A DNA stretch of 64,000 nucleotides from an archaeon. GTDB lineage: Archaea > Nanobdellota > Nanobdellia > Woesearchaeales > GW2011-AR15. The translations under genes and the position numbers were made by a program. The notes under the pieces are model-generated. The model saw nothing but the letters and a program-made list of their open reading frames with translations. It ran no database searches and was not told the DNA's origin. The first letter of the stretch is position 1, and each line of letters starts with the position of its first letter. Of this stretch, positions 45,152 to 54,743 are shown piece after piece. The stretch is taken from positions 22,948-86,947 of the forward strand of contig JABHXU010000011.1 of the NCBI GenBank assembly GCA_018657065.1, read 5' to 3'.

Positions 45152-46700
45152 TTTCTTTACCTTTTTTTCTTAAATATTGTTTGTAAGTCAATGCTGTTTT
45201 AGAAGCATCTAACATAACAGATTCATCAATTCTTGAAATTGGTGAATTATGTGGTGAAGTCTTAACTAATTCTGGATTTTCATACGCTTCTTTTGAAATT
45301 TGTTCCATAACACTTGCAAAATATTCAATATCTCTAAGTGAGTAAGACTCACAAGGTTCTGGAGTAAACGGTTCAGGAACAATCCAAGGATAATGACTCG
45401 TCCAATAACTTTGAAGACCAAAATCTGTCATCCTTCTTTCTACATCATAACTACCTACACCTGTGTCATCAGTCATTTTTTCCCAACTAAATCTAATTTG
45501 GTCTAATCTTTTTTTATCTGTTTTATAAGGTACACTAACACCTTTTATTTTTTTTAATAGTTTTTCCAAATAGTTATTATTAAGAACAGATATTTCTGCA
45601 ACTTCTTTAAGCCCTTTTGCACCTAAACTCATTACCCAAGAATATGCTCTAAGAACAACACCAATATTTCCAAAAAAGCCTTTTATTTTTCCAACACTAT
45701 CTGGTCTATTATAATCTAGTTTATACTTATCTCCATCAAAAGTAATTATTGGACTAGGTAAAAATTTTGCAATTTCTTTAGTACATGCAACAACTCCACA
45801 TGCAGGACCCATACTTCCATGAGGTGAAGAAAAAGTTTTATGTAAATTAAAATGACACATATCAAATCCAATATCCCTTGCCCTAAATTTTCCTAAAATT
45901 CCATTAGCATTTGCTTGATCATAAATACAAAGTCCTCCAGCATTATGAACAGTATCAACAAATTCTTTAATTTTTGGATTAAATATACCTGTATCTTCTG
46001 GATTTGTTATTAATAGTCCTGCTGTATTTTCACTTACCATTTCTTTAAGAGCTTCTAAACTAGGAAGACCGTTTTCTTCAGGCATTAGAGTTAATACATC
46101 ATACCCTGCTGTTGCTGGACAAGCTGCATTTGTTGGATGAGAAAACATTGTAGTAATTATTTCCTTTCTACTTGGATCCTTATTTTTTTCATGATAAGCT
46201 CTCATCATACTAGTATTTAAAAAAATAGATTGCGCTCCACTCCCAGGTTGAAAACTTACTGCGTCCATACCTGAAATTTCTTTGATAATTTCTCCGAATT
46301 TATATAAAATTTCTAGAATTCCTTGAATAGTTTCTTCATTTTGGTTTGGATGAATTTCTGTTAATTTTGATGAAGCTGCTATTTGCTCATGAATTTTTGG
46401 ACTATATTTCATAGTGCAAGTTCCTAGACCAATATCAATTGTAACATCTGTTCCTAAAACCATTTGTGATAAATGGAGATAATGTCTTAAAACTTGAGGT
46501 TGTGAAAGTTCTGGAAGATTTGGTTTTTTTTCTCGTACAATTTTTTCAGGAATAAGATCTTTTATATCTCCAATTAATTCTTTAATTTCTTTTTCTGCTT
46601 TAATAACATGAATTCCTCTTTCACCTGATGTTGAAAGTTCCATTAAAAGGGGTTCATCCCATTTATGAGCTTGATATTTTCTTAATTTAGGACGGTTCAT
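45138..46700 (-). CDS. gcvPB: Glycine dehydrogenase (aminomethyl-transferring) subunit 2
   Basis: PLP-lysine region CHFNLHKTFSSPHGSMGP. Size and order relative to gcvPA fit. Confidence 0.92.
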   Translation of the reverse strand: MNRPKLRKYQAHKWDEPLLMELSTSGERGIHVIKAEKEIKELIGDIKDLIPEKIVREKKPNLPELSQPQVLRHYLHLSQMVLGTDVTIDIGLGTCTMKYSPKIHEQIAASSKLTEIHPNQNEETIQGILEILYKFGEIIKEISGMDAVSFQPGSGAQSIFLNTSMMRAYHEKNKDPSRKEIITTMFSHPTNAACPATAGYDVLTLMPEENGLPSLEALKEMVSENTAGLLITNPEDTGIFNPKIKEFVDTVHNAGGLCIYDQANANGILGKFRARDIGFDMCHFNLHKTFSSPHGSMGPACGVVACTKEIAKFLPSPIITFDGDKYKLDYNRPDSVGKIKGFFGNIGVVLRAYSWVMSLGAKGLKEVAEISVLNNNYLEKLLKKIKGVSVPYKTDKKRLDQIRFSWEKMTDDTGVGSYDVERRMTDFGLQSYWTSHYPWIVPEPFTPEPCESYSLRDIEYFASVMEQISKEAYENPELVKTSPHNSPISRIDESVMLDASKTALTYKQYLRKKGKENEKT

Positions 46701-48088
46701 TTTAACACCTCCTTTAAAGCTATTATTAAATTATCAATTTCTTCTTTTGAATGTATTTCAGTAACACAATAAGTTGCCACTTCACCCAGTTCTGGAAATT
46801 CTTTACTTAAATCCTTGCCTCCAAAAATTTTATATTGCTTTAACTCTCTATTTATTTCTGAAACTATTTTTTTAGAATCATTAAAATCAACAATAAACTC
46901 ATTGAAATGTTGTGAAGAAAATCTTATATTTACTCCATCAATTTTTGAAATCATATTTTTTGCATATTGTGAATTTAAAATATTTGTTTCACCCACTTCC
47001 TCTAATCCTTTAGGACCCATTAGTGCCATATAAACAGCATTATGAATTGCATACAAACCTGTTGCTGTTCCTGTAAATTCTCTAGCAAATTCTCTTGCAG
47101 CGTAGGATGTTCTTTCTGCCCTTGCTTGAGCAAATCCAAAACCTTCTTTTCCATTTTCTAGATCTGCAATGGTAATTAATAATGTAGGTAATTCACCTAT
47201 AAACTCTTCATCGTCTTTTACAGCAACAAATCCTGTTGCACCACCACCACAATTCATTGGAACTCCGAGTGTTTGAGCGTCACCACAAACAATATCTGCA
47301 CCATAATTTCCAGGAGCATCTAAAACACCTAATGAAATGGGATTTACTCCCACAATTACAATTGAATCATTATTATGCATTATTTTTGATATTTCTTTTC
47401 CATTTGTTTCAATTACTCCAAAATAATTTGGATTTTCAAAATAAATTCCTGCTGTTTTTTTAGATATTTTTTTTCTTAAATCTTCTAAACTAATTTCTCC
47501 TGTTTTTTTATCATAATCTACAAAAACCAAATTTATATTTTTGCAATAATTTTTCATATGCAATATTTTTTGTGGATGTATACTTTTACAAACTAAAATT
47601 TCATTTCGTTCATCTGTTAATCTTACTGCCATTCGAATAGCTGTACTTGCAGCAGCTAAAGAATCATAAGTAGGTGCACCAACAACACCCATTCCAAGAA
47701 GTTCTGTTAACATACTTGCATACTCAAAAACTGCTTGAAATTTTCCTAGGTCTGAATATGTTTCTCCGCCATACGCAGTTAAAAATTCTCCTCTATTAGC
47801 AATTTCTTTTACAACTGCAGGAATGTAATGTTGATAGCATCCTGAACCTAAAAAACTACAATATTCTTCACAATCTTTATTTTTATTTAGAATTTTATTG
47901 ACATGTTTTTTTAATTCTTGTTCAGATTCAATTGGCAATGGTAACTTTAATTCTCCTTTAAACCTTAATTCTTTTGGAATTGATTCATATAAGTCTTCAG
48001 CACTAGTTACACCAACTTCATTTAGCATAAATTCTTTAATTTTTGGAACACTATTTGGAATATAAGAATAAATTTTATTATTTGTCAT
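46697..48088 (-). CDS. gcvPA: Glycine dehydrogenase (aminomethyl-transferring) subunit 1
   Basis: N-terminus YIPNSVP...MLNEVGV, FLGSGCYQHYIP and EFLTAYGGETYSDLG segments. 4-nt overlap with gcvPB. Confidence 0.9.
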   Translation of the reverse strand: MTNNKIYSYIPNSVPKIKEFMLNEVGVTSAEDLYESIPKELRFKGELKLPLPIESEQELKKHVNKILNKNKDCEEYCSFLGSGCYQHYIPAVVKEIANRGEFLTAYGGETYSDLGKFQAVFEYASMLTELLGMGVVGAPTYDSLAAASTAIRMAVRLTDERNEILVCKSIHPQKILHMKNYCKNINLVFVDYDKKTGEISLEDLRKKISKKTAGIYFENPNYFGVIETNGKEISKIMHNNDSIVIVGVNPISLGVLDAPGNYGADIVCGDAQTLGVPMNCGGGATGFVAVKDDEEFIGELPTLLITIADLENGKEGFGFAQARAERTSYAAREFAREFTGTATGLYAIHNAVYMALMGPKGLEEVGETNILNSQYAKNMISKIDGVNIRFSSQHFNEFIVDFNDSKKIVSEINRELKQYKIFGGKDLSKEFPELGEVATYCVTEIHSKEEIDNLIIALKEVLK

Positions 48089-48140
48089 TACATAACTCCC
48101 CCTAAATTCATTACTTAAAAAATAAAAAGATTATAAAAAT

Positions 48141-49214
48141 TTATACTATTCCTTCAATAACATAGGTATGCTTAATTCTATCAAAAATTTCATTTATTTT
48201 TTCACTTAAAAGATATCTTTCATTTGGACTTATTTGTTCAGATTCTAAAAATAATTTATAGATATTTCTATAAAATGTATTAATATTACTATAATCTTGA
48301 TTATTTAATTTAAAATTAAGTTTATCTAACAAATACTCAATTTTTTCAGTATCTTTTGAAACATTTGTTGGGATGTTTGATGTAACAACTGGTGTTTGAG
48401 TTGGTTTAGCAAAAGAAGAATCATTACTCATAAAAACAGGAGTTGTAGAATTATTACCTGGTTCAGGTATGGCCATATCAAAATGTGGTTTATCTGGATT
48501 TAAAGGATCAAATTCTGAACTATTTTGTGTTCTGTTAATTTCATCATTAATATTTAATGGTGCTGGACGACTTGATTTAAGTAATTCATGCATTGGAGTA
48601 TTTGCATAATCTAAGTTTGTATTCTTTTGAACAATTGGTTGAGGAAGTTTTGTATGACTTTGAATTAAACTTTGAGGTCTTGGCGGTGGAGGTAAATTAG
48701 GATTATTAATCACAGCAGAAACTTGAGGACTTGGGCTTTGCGTTGAAACAGGTGCCACAGGTGCCGTAGGTAATTGTCCTGGCTGTCCTTGAACTAAAGT
48801 TATATTTTGAGCTTGTAATTGGATAGATGCTTGTGGAGCTGTTGGTGCTCCTTGTTGATTTAAAGAAGGTGACTGATTTTGAATATTTCTATTTAATGGT
48901 GCTTGCATAGGTGGCAAAGGCTGATCTTGTTTAGGTTGCTCAACTTTTAATTGTTCTTTTGGTTCCTCTTTTGCTTCTTGAGCTGGTGGTGTAGGTAGTC
49001 CTTCCTTTCCTTGTGTTGTTTCATCTTTTACTAATGTTAAAACTACTTTAGGCCATTTATGTTCTATTTTAATAATCCCATCTTGTTCAAGATACTCTGC
49101 AGATTTTTGAATGTCTTCTTTTTTAAGTTTTAACCCAGATGCTAATTTTGAAATTGAAACAGATTTATTTTGTTTTAATTCATCAAGTATTCTATCAACA
49201 TTAGCCTTAACCAT
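48141..49214 (-). CDS. Hypothetical protein: N-terminal wHTH, long P/Q-rich linker, helical C-terminal domain
   Basis: DRILDELKQNKSVSISKLASGLKLKKEDIQKSAEYLEQDGIIKIE is wHTH-like. It is followed by about 200 aa of P/Q/N-rich low complexity. Confidence 0.5.
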   Translation of the reverse strand: MVKANVDRILDELKQNKSVSISKLASGLKLKKEDIQKSAEYLEQDGIIKIEHKWPKVVLTLVKDETTQGKEGLPTPPAQEAKEEPKEQLKVEQPKQDQPLPPMQAPLNRNIQNQSPSLNQQGAPTAPQASIQLQAQNITLVQGQPGQLPTAPVAPVSTQSPSPQVSAVINNPNLPPPPRPQSLIQSHTKLPQPIVQKNTNLDYANTPMHELLKSSRPAPLNINDEINRTQNSSEFDPLNPDKPHFDMAIPEPGNNSTTPVFMSNDSSFAKPTQTPVVTSNIPTNVSKDTEKIEYLLDKLNFKLNNQDYSNINTFYRNIYKLFLESEQISPNERYLLSEKINEIFDRIKHTYVIEGIV

Positions 49215-49304
49215 GATAATAAATTAAGAAATAAAAACTATATAAATATATCGTCAAAAAAAAAGAGATAAAGATTAGTTACCTAATCTCAATTTAAAAA
49301 AAAA

Positions 49305-49457
49305 TTAAGCGTCAGCTTTTCCTAGAATTTTATACATTCCAGTGCCACAAGTTGGACATTTTCCTTTCATAGCTTTTCTACCATTTTTCATAGTAGTCTT
49401 TTCAGCTTCAGACATTTCTCTTTTTGCTTTACATTTAACACAATATGCTTCTGTCAT
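49305..49457 (-). CDS. Small zinc-ribbon protein (DUF5679-like), not in the supplied ORF track
   Basis: 50 codons: MTEAYCVKCKAKREMSEAEKTTMKNGRKAMKGKCPTCGTGMYKILGKADA. Two CxxC pairs and a GGTGA RBS 7 nt upstream. Confidence 0.7.
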   Translation of the reverse strand: MTEAYCVKCKAKREMSEAEKTTMKNGRKAMKGKCPTCGTGMYKILGKADA

Positions 49458-49573
49458 AATAAATCACCTTATCTGTACTAAAAAAATACGTCTTTAAAAA
49501 TATTTCTTAGATTTACACGTATTTTTACGTATATCTTAAGGTAAAAATTGAATAAATAGACTTTTTATTATGT

Positions 49574-50785
49574 TTATTCATATCTAAGTGCATCAACAGG
49601 TTTTAATTTTGAAGCCTGAATAGCAGGTAATATTCCAGATACTGCACCAATAATTGTTGAAAATAATAAACAACCAATAATTAATGATAATGGAAATATT
49701 GGATATAAAGATGAGTAACCACTTATTGCTGCAAATTTCCCGCCTGTACTAGATATAAAATAACCTAATAGTATTCCTAGAGTCCCTCCAATTAAACCTA
49801 AAGTTCCTGATTCAAATACAAAAATAAAAATTATATCACTGTTTTTTGCTCCAATTGCTTTCATTACTCCAATTTCCCTAGTTCTTTCAAGAACTGCAGT
49901 ATACATTGTATTCATAACATTAACAGATGCAACAACAACAGAAATTAACGAAATTAAAATTAAAATACCATTTATAACATCAATAAATGTTCCAAAGGTT
50001 TCTAGTAAATCTTCAAAAGATTCAACAGAAAAATCTTCTTCACCTTCTTTTTGATCTCTTCTTTTTCTTAATTTTTCTTCAATTTTTTCAGCCAGATCTT
50101 TAGGACTAATGGATTTATCTGAAGAAGCCATAACATATCCAAATTTATCCTTATTATCTGGATATAAACTTTCAAAAGCTTCTTCAGTTACATATACATT
50201 AGAATCATCTGCAGGATTACCAACTTCTTCAATAAAACCAACAACATCAAAATCTTCACCATTTATTTCAATTGTTTCTCCAAGTGTTAAAGGTTTTTTA
50301 AAAATTTTCTCAGGCATTTGATAATTATAACCTAATAAAACTTTATTTTGCTCATCTTTTTTTAATTCTCTACCACTTAATATTGCGGTATTAAATGATT
50401 CAAAAACAAATTCAAATTTTTTTGTATCATAACCTACCATATAAGAATACTTAATTTTTTCTTTAAACTTTATTTGAGCTGGATTCATATACATTCCAGA
50501 TATTTCATTAACTCCCTTTATTTTCTCAACAAATTCTATATCTTCTCTTGATATATAAAAATTAGAATCCGATCCAGGTAGGCCAAATCCTTTTGCTTGA
50601 ATAAATAATTTATCTGCTCCTGCTTCATCAGCTAAAACATCCATATAACTTTGAATCCCCTTACCAAAACTAATTAAAGCAAAAATTGCAGCTATTCCTA
50701 TTAAAATTGAAAGAATCGTTAATACTGATCTAGTCTTTCTATGAATAACATTCTTTAATGCATATTTTATTTGCTCTATTCTCAT
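49574..50785 (-). CDS. ABC transporter permease, MacB/FtsX-like
   Basis: N-terminal TM helix, a large extracytoplasmic domain and a C-terminal FtsX 3-TM bundle (ERTREIGVMKAIGA). Confidence 0.85.
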   Translation of the reverse strand: MRIEQIKYALKNVIHRKTRSVLTILSILIGIAAIFALISFGKGIQSYMDVLADEAGADKLFIQAKGFGLPGSDSNFYISREDIEFVEKIKGVNEISGMYMNPAQIKFKEKIKYSYMVGYDTKKFEFVFESFNTAILSGRELKKDEQNKVLLGYNYQMPEKIFKKPLTLGETIEINGEDFDVVGFIEEVGNPADDSNVYVTEEAFESLYPDNKDKFGYVMASSDKSISPKDLAEKIEEKLRKRRDQKEGEEDFSVESFEDLLETFGTFIDVINGILILISLISVVVASVNVMNTMYTAVLERTREIGVMKAIGAKNSDIIFIFVFESGTLGLIGGTLGILLGYFISSTGGKFAAISGYSSLYPIFPLSLIIGCLLFSTIIGAVSGILPAIQASKLKPVDALRYE

Positions 50786-52017
50786 TTTGATCTTAAACTA
50801 TCTACTGGTTGTAACTTTGCTGCTTTCATCGCAGGCATAACTCCAAAAAGTGTACCTAAAACAAATGAAAAAACAAGTGTTCCAATAATTAATGATAAAG
50901 AAACATTTGCTTGAATAAGATTAACTCCTAAAACTAGTCTACCTATAAATGCTCCTCCATATGCTAATACTAATCCAATTAGTACACCAATTAATCCTCC
51001 AACCATTCCTAAAAATCCAGATTCTATAAAAAACAAAGTAAATATTGTACTATTTTTTGCTCCTATTGCTTTCATTATTCCAACTTCTTTTGTTCTTTCA
51101 AGGACAGATGTATACATTGTATTCATAATTCCAATTCCACCAACTAATAATGAAATTCCTGCAATAACTGCAACAAAAATATTAATCCCCGCAAGGGTAC
51201 TATCTAATGCATTTAATATATTTTGAGGGCTACTAACTTCAAAATCTTCTTCACCTATATCAACATCTCTTTCTTTTCTTAATAATTTTTCAAGATTTTC
51301 TTTTGTTTTAGCCATTTCTTTTTCATTACGAACCTTAACAGCAATAAGATCAGTAGTGCCATCATCACCAAAAATATCTAACAAAATATTTTCATTTAAT
51401 ATTATTGCACCATCCAACATAAAATTTCCTTTTTTCTCAAGAACCCCTGCAACTTCAAATTTTATTTCATCAATATAAACTGTGTCTCCTACATGAATTG
51501 GTCTTTTAAAAACTGTTTTTTCTTCAGTATCTTCATTTTCTGCATAATTACCACCTACAACAATTTTATATGTGTCTGAGTCTCGCAACATTCTACCTTC
51601 CTTTACCTTAAAATTAAGCATTGTTTCAAACATCCTTCTCTTATCTCCTTCAGGTGTTGAAGTTACTAAAAGAAGCGACTGAATAGAATTAAATTCAAAT
51701 ATTGCAGACTCTATCCAACGATTATAGGTTGATTCTACACCATCAACTTTTGCAATTTTTTCAATAAGTTCATCACTTAATGGCGTGACAACACCAGACC
51801 CTGGTGGACCAAATGCAATTCCAGATGCTTGAACAGAAAGAATATCACTTCCTAAAAAATCAAATTGTGAAATAATGGCTACTCGAAGTCCTGAACCTAA
51901 ACCCATTAATGCTATTACTGAAGCTATTCCAATGAAAATTCCAATCATTGTAAGCCAGGATCTTAGTTTTCTACTAGATATGTTTACAAATGCCAAATTA
52001 AAATATTCTTTTAACAT
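50782..52017 (-). CDS. ABC transporter permease, MacB/FtsX-like (paralogue)
   Basis: Same architecture (ERTKEVGIMKAIGA). 4-nt overlap with the next gene. Confidence 0.85.
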   Translation of the reverse strand: MLKEYFNLAFVNISSRKLRSWLTMIGIFIGIASVIALMGLGSGLRVAIISQFDFLGSDILSVQASGIAFGPPGSGVVTPLSDELIEKIAKVDGVESTYNRWIESAIFEFNSIQSLLLVTSTPEGDKRRMFETMLNFKVKEGRMLRDSDTYKIVVGGNYAENEDTEEKTVFKRPIHVGDTVYIDEIKFEVAGVLEKKGNFMLDGAIILNENILLDIFGDDGTTDLIAVKVRNEKEMAKTKENLEKLLRKERDVDIGEEDFEVSSPQNILNALDSTLAGINIFVAVIAGISLLVGGIGIMNTMYTSVLERTKEVGIMKAIGAKNSTIFTLFFIESGFLGMVGGLIGVLIGLVLAYGGAFIGRLVLGVNLIQANVSLSLIIGTLVFSFVLGTLFGVMPAMKAAKLQPVDSLRSK

Positions 52018-52055
52018 TCTTCAATTAATTTTTAAAAAAAATAAAAAACAAAAAT

Positions 52056-53339
52056 TCATTTCTTTTTATTGTTTCTTGATCTCCTATAAAGAACAACACC
52101 AACAATAATGACTATAATTAATAGTAACATTACTGTACCATTTGAACTAGTTTTAATACCTAATTTTTCTGCACTAAGTACTTTCATTTCTAATTCTAAT
52201 TTTTCTTCATACAAGTTATTGTTTGTATCTCTATATTCAACATTTAAAGGCAAAACAATTGTTTTTTCTTCTTTTGTTGCTCCATTTGTTAAATACAATT
52301 CAAAATCAACAGTTTCATAGTCATCACTATCAACATTACCAACATACACTTCTTCTGCTGATAAAATTTCAAATTCTTCAGTTTCATCAAGAATAACATC
52401 TAAAAATTTAACATCTGAAAATCCTTTGTTAATAAACCTAATTGTAACTGTTCCCATTTTATTTCCAACATATAACTCAGACTCATCTACAATAACAGAC
52501 AAATCTGGTTTTGTTCCTACAACAAGTCCAATAACATCTTCTTTTACATACTGTGTCTCAAGTTCATCATAGTAACTAAGTTCAATAGGAATTTTATAAA
52601 TTCTAGATTCCGCATCTGAAAATGCAATTAAATTATATTCAAATTCATATTCTTTTCCTGCGCCTAAACTAGAGATTTTTTGTTCTGTTGCACTTCCTAT
52701 TGGTGCAAAAGGTAAAGAATCAAACGCTGCAATTTTATCAGATGCTGTAGTAGCAGATAAACTATCAATTATATCTGAATAAGTTAAATCTAATTTTAAA
52801 GTAACATCTCTTAATGTTGAATCTGCCATGTTTTTAACTTTAATTTTCACAACTGCTTCATCACCAGGTTTAATCTTATCTGGATCTGAAACCACAGAAA
52901 CAATTGCTAAATTAGAATCTAATGTTTGAACTTGTACATCATACTCTGTTGAAACCCAAGAAATTGTTTTATGTTTGTATCTTACTTTAACTGGAACATT
53001 TCCTTGAATAGCATCATCTTCTACTCTTACTTTAAATTTTACAACAAAAACATTATTACCTGGTCCTAAGGCAGGTAAATCACCTAGACTTTTTAATGTA
53101 CTTTCACCCTTGTCAATTGCAAAAGGATATCCTGGAATTAATTCCACTTGAAAATCCTCAGCAACACTTCCTCCATTAGTATTTTGAATAGAAAATCTTA
53201 ATTCAACATATTCTCCTGGACCAGCGGGATCAGGATCCTGATTCATAAGAGAAATATTTATTGCTGGAATTTCAGCAGCAATAGCTGCGGACAGTGTAAT
53301 CATCATAATTAAAAAACTTAATAACATTATTTTTTTCAT
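52056..53339 (-). CDS. Surface protein with COG1361/CARDB-like repeated beta domains and C-terminal TM anchor
   Basis: Signal peptide, then repeated PG(D/E)..V.(I/L).V.N.G....D. units. C-terminal VMLLLIIVIIVGVVLY plus a basic tail. Confidence 0.6.
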   Translation of the reverse strand: MKKIMLLSFLIMMITLSAAIAAEIPAINISLMNQDPDPAGPGEYVELRFSIQNTNGGSVAEDFQVELIPGYPFAIDKGESTLKSLGDLPALGPGNNVFVVKFKVRVEDDAIQGNVPVKVRYKHKTISWVSTEYDVQVQTLDSNLAIVSVVSDPDKIKPGDEAVVKIKVKNMADSTLRDVTLKLDLTYSDIIDSLSATTASDKIAAFDSLPFAPIGSATEQKISSLGAGKEYEFEYNLIAFSDAESRIYKIPIELSYYDELETQYVKEDVIGLVVGTKPDLSVIVDESELYVGNKMGTVTIRFINKGFSDVKFLDVILDETEEFEILSAEEVYVGNVDSDDYETVDFELYLTNGATKEEKTIVLPLNVEYRDTNNNLYEEKLELEMKVLSAEKLGIKTSSNGTVMLLLIIVIIVGVVLYRRSRNNKKK

Positions 53340-53341
53340 TT

Positions 53342-54043
53342 TTACATCCTCTTAATTTCTGATTTTGTTACTACTTTTCCATCTTTTAGATAAGTAATTT
53401 TTTGAGCTTGTTTAGCTAAAACATCATCATGTGTAACCATAATAATTGTCTTACCTTCTTCTTTATTTAATTTCTTTAAAAAATCCATAACAGTAATACC
53501 TGTTTTTGAGTCCAAATTTCCAGTAGGTTCATCTCCTAAAATAACATCAGGATCTACTGAGAGAGATCTTGCAATAGCAACTCTTTGCTGTTGACCACCA
53601 GATAATTCTTTAGGTTTATGATGCATTCTCTCTCCTAAATCAACCATTTTAAGTAATTTTTCTGCTCTAGCTCTTCTGATAGCTTCAGGAACATCTTGAA
53701 ACATCATAGGAAGCATAACGTTTTCTAAAGCAGACAAAGTATTTATCAAATTAAACTGTTGAAAAATAAATCCAATTTTTTTCCCTCTAATTTGTGCAAG
53801 ATCTGATTCTTCTAATTTTGAAATATCTTGCCCACTTAGATAAACACTTCCTTTTGAAGGAATATCCAAACAACCTATAAGATTCATTGCCGTACTTTTT
53901 CCTGATCCAGATGGACCTTGAATAGCTAAAAAATCTCCTTCATACACATCCAAATCCAATCCTCTTAAAGCATGTACTTTAATGTCTCCCATTTCATAGG
54001 TTTTCCAAACATCTTTTAATTTAATTATTGGTTTTTTATTCAT
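53342..54043 (-). CDS. ABC transporter ATP-binding protein (MacB/LolD-type)
   Basis: Walker A GPSGSGKST, signature LSGGQQQRVAIARS and Walker B ILGDEPTGNLD. Confidence 0.93.
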   Translation of the reverse strand: MNKKPIIKLKDVWKTYEMGDIKVHALRGLDLDVYEGDFLAIQGPSGSGKSTAMNLIGCLDIPSKGSVYLSGQDISKLEESDLAQIRGKKIGFIFQQFNLINTLSALENVMLPMMFQDVPEAIRRARAEKLLKMVDLGERMHHKPKELSGGQQQRVAIARSLSVDPDVILGDEPTGNLDSKTGITVMDFLKKLNKEEGKTIIMVTHDDVLAKQAQKITYLKDGKVVTKSEIKRM

Positions 54044-54522
54044 TTTAATTTATCCAGTTTTTGTATCATATCAATCATAATTTCTTCCACACCCAACATT
54101 TGTTTGTAATAGTTTTTAATTATTCCTAATTTTGTTTTATCTTTTTTGTTTAATTTTTTTGTCTTAAATTTTGTTATTAATTCTGGCATCATTTGTTTAG
54201 CTGGTTCAATTTCTGCTTGAATTATTTTTTCAAAATGCATTTTTGTTAATTTAATAACATCTTTTTCCATATAATAAAATACTTTCTTACTACCCGGTTT
54301 TTTTATTCTTTGAACCATTCCAAAAGACTCCAAAAGCCTCATTTTATTTGAAACAGATGCCAAACTATAACCAGTTATTTTTGCAAGTTGATCTAATGCA
54401 ATTTCAGAAGATTCCAAATAAATTATGCTAAATAATTTTGAACTTAAAGAGTCTAATCCATATCCTTTTCCAGAAGTTATACAAAATTTTGTAAATTCTG
54501 ATTCAATTGATTCCATTTTCAT
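54040..54522 (-). CDS. MarR/GbsR-like winged-helix transcriptional regulator
   Basis: wHTH segment LDQLAKITGYSLASVSNKMRLLESFGMVQR. It is the first gene of the ABC operon (4-nt overlap). Confidence 0.6.
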   Translation of the reverse strand: MKMESIESEFTKFCITSGKGYGLDSLSSKLFSIIYLESSEIALDQLAKITGYSLASVSNKMRLLESFGMVQRIKKPGSKKVFYYMEKDVIKLTKMHFEKIIQAEIEPAKQMMPELITKFKTKKLNKKDKTKLGIIKNYYKQMLGVEEIMIDMIQKLDKLK

Positions 54523-54531
54523 TTCTTTTAC

Positions 54532-54555
54532 AACTTTTAATATTCCTTAAAAGTT
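54532..54555. promoter_or_regulatory. Perfect 9-bp inverted repeat (candidate operator) 10 nt upstream of the regulator start codon
   Basis: aacttttaa-tattcc-ttaaaagtt. Confidence 0.3.
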
Positions 54556-54743
54556 ATAAATCTTTATAAATATTATGTTTAAAATATATATCAACAGAAT
54601 TTCAACTAGAATAATTGTTGTTTTCTTTTTTGTTTTAATTCACGTCAGTAATAGCAAGCTTTTTAAATACATAAAGTTTTAATTTTATAGAGGAGAACTT
54701 AGTGGAAAATTATTGAATTTTCTAATAAACAATTGATGTTAAA

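Noticed and set aside
54705-54722. 7-bp inverted repeat gaaaatt-attg-aattttc upstream of gyrA as a regulatory site.
   Set aside because: It is short and consists almost entirely of A/T in an AT-rich genome, so it is likely to arise by chance. There is no supporting context.
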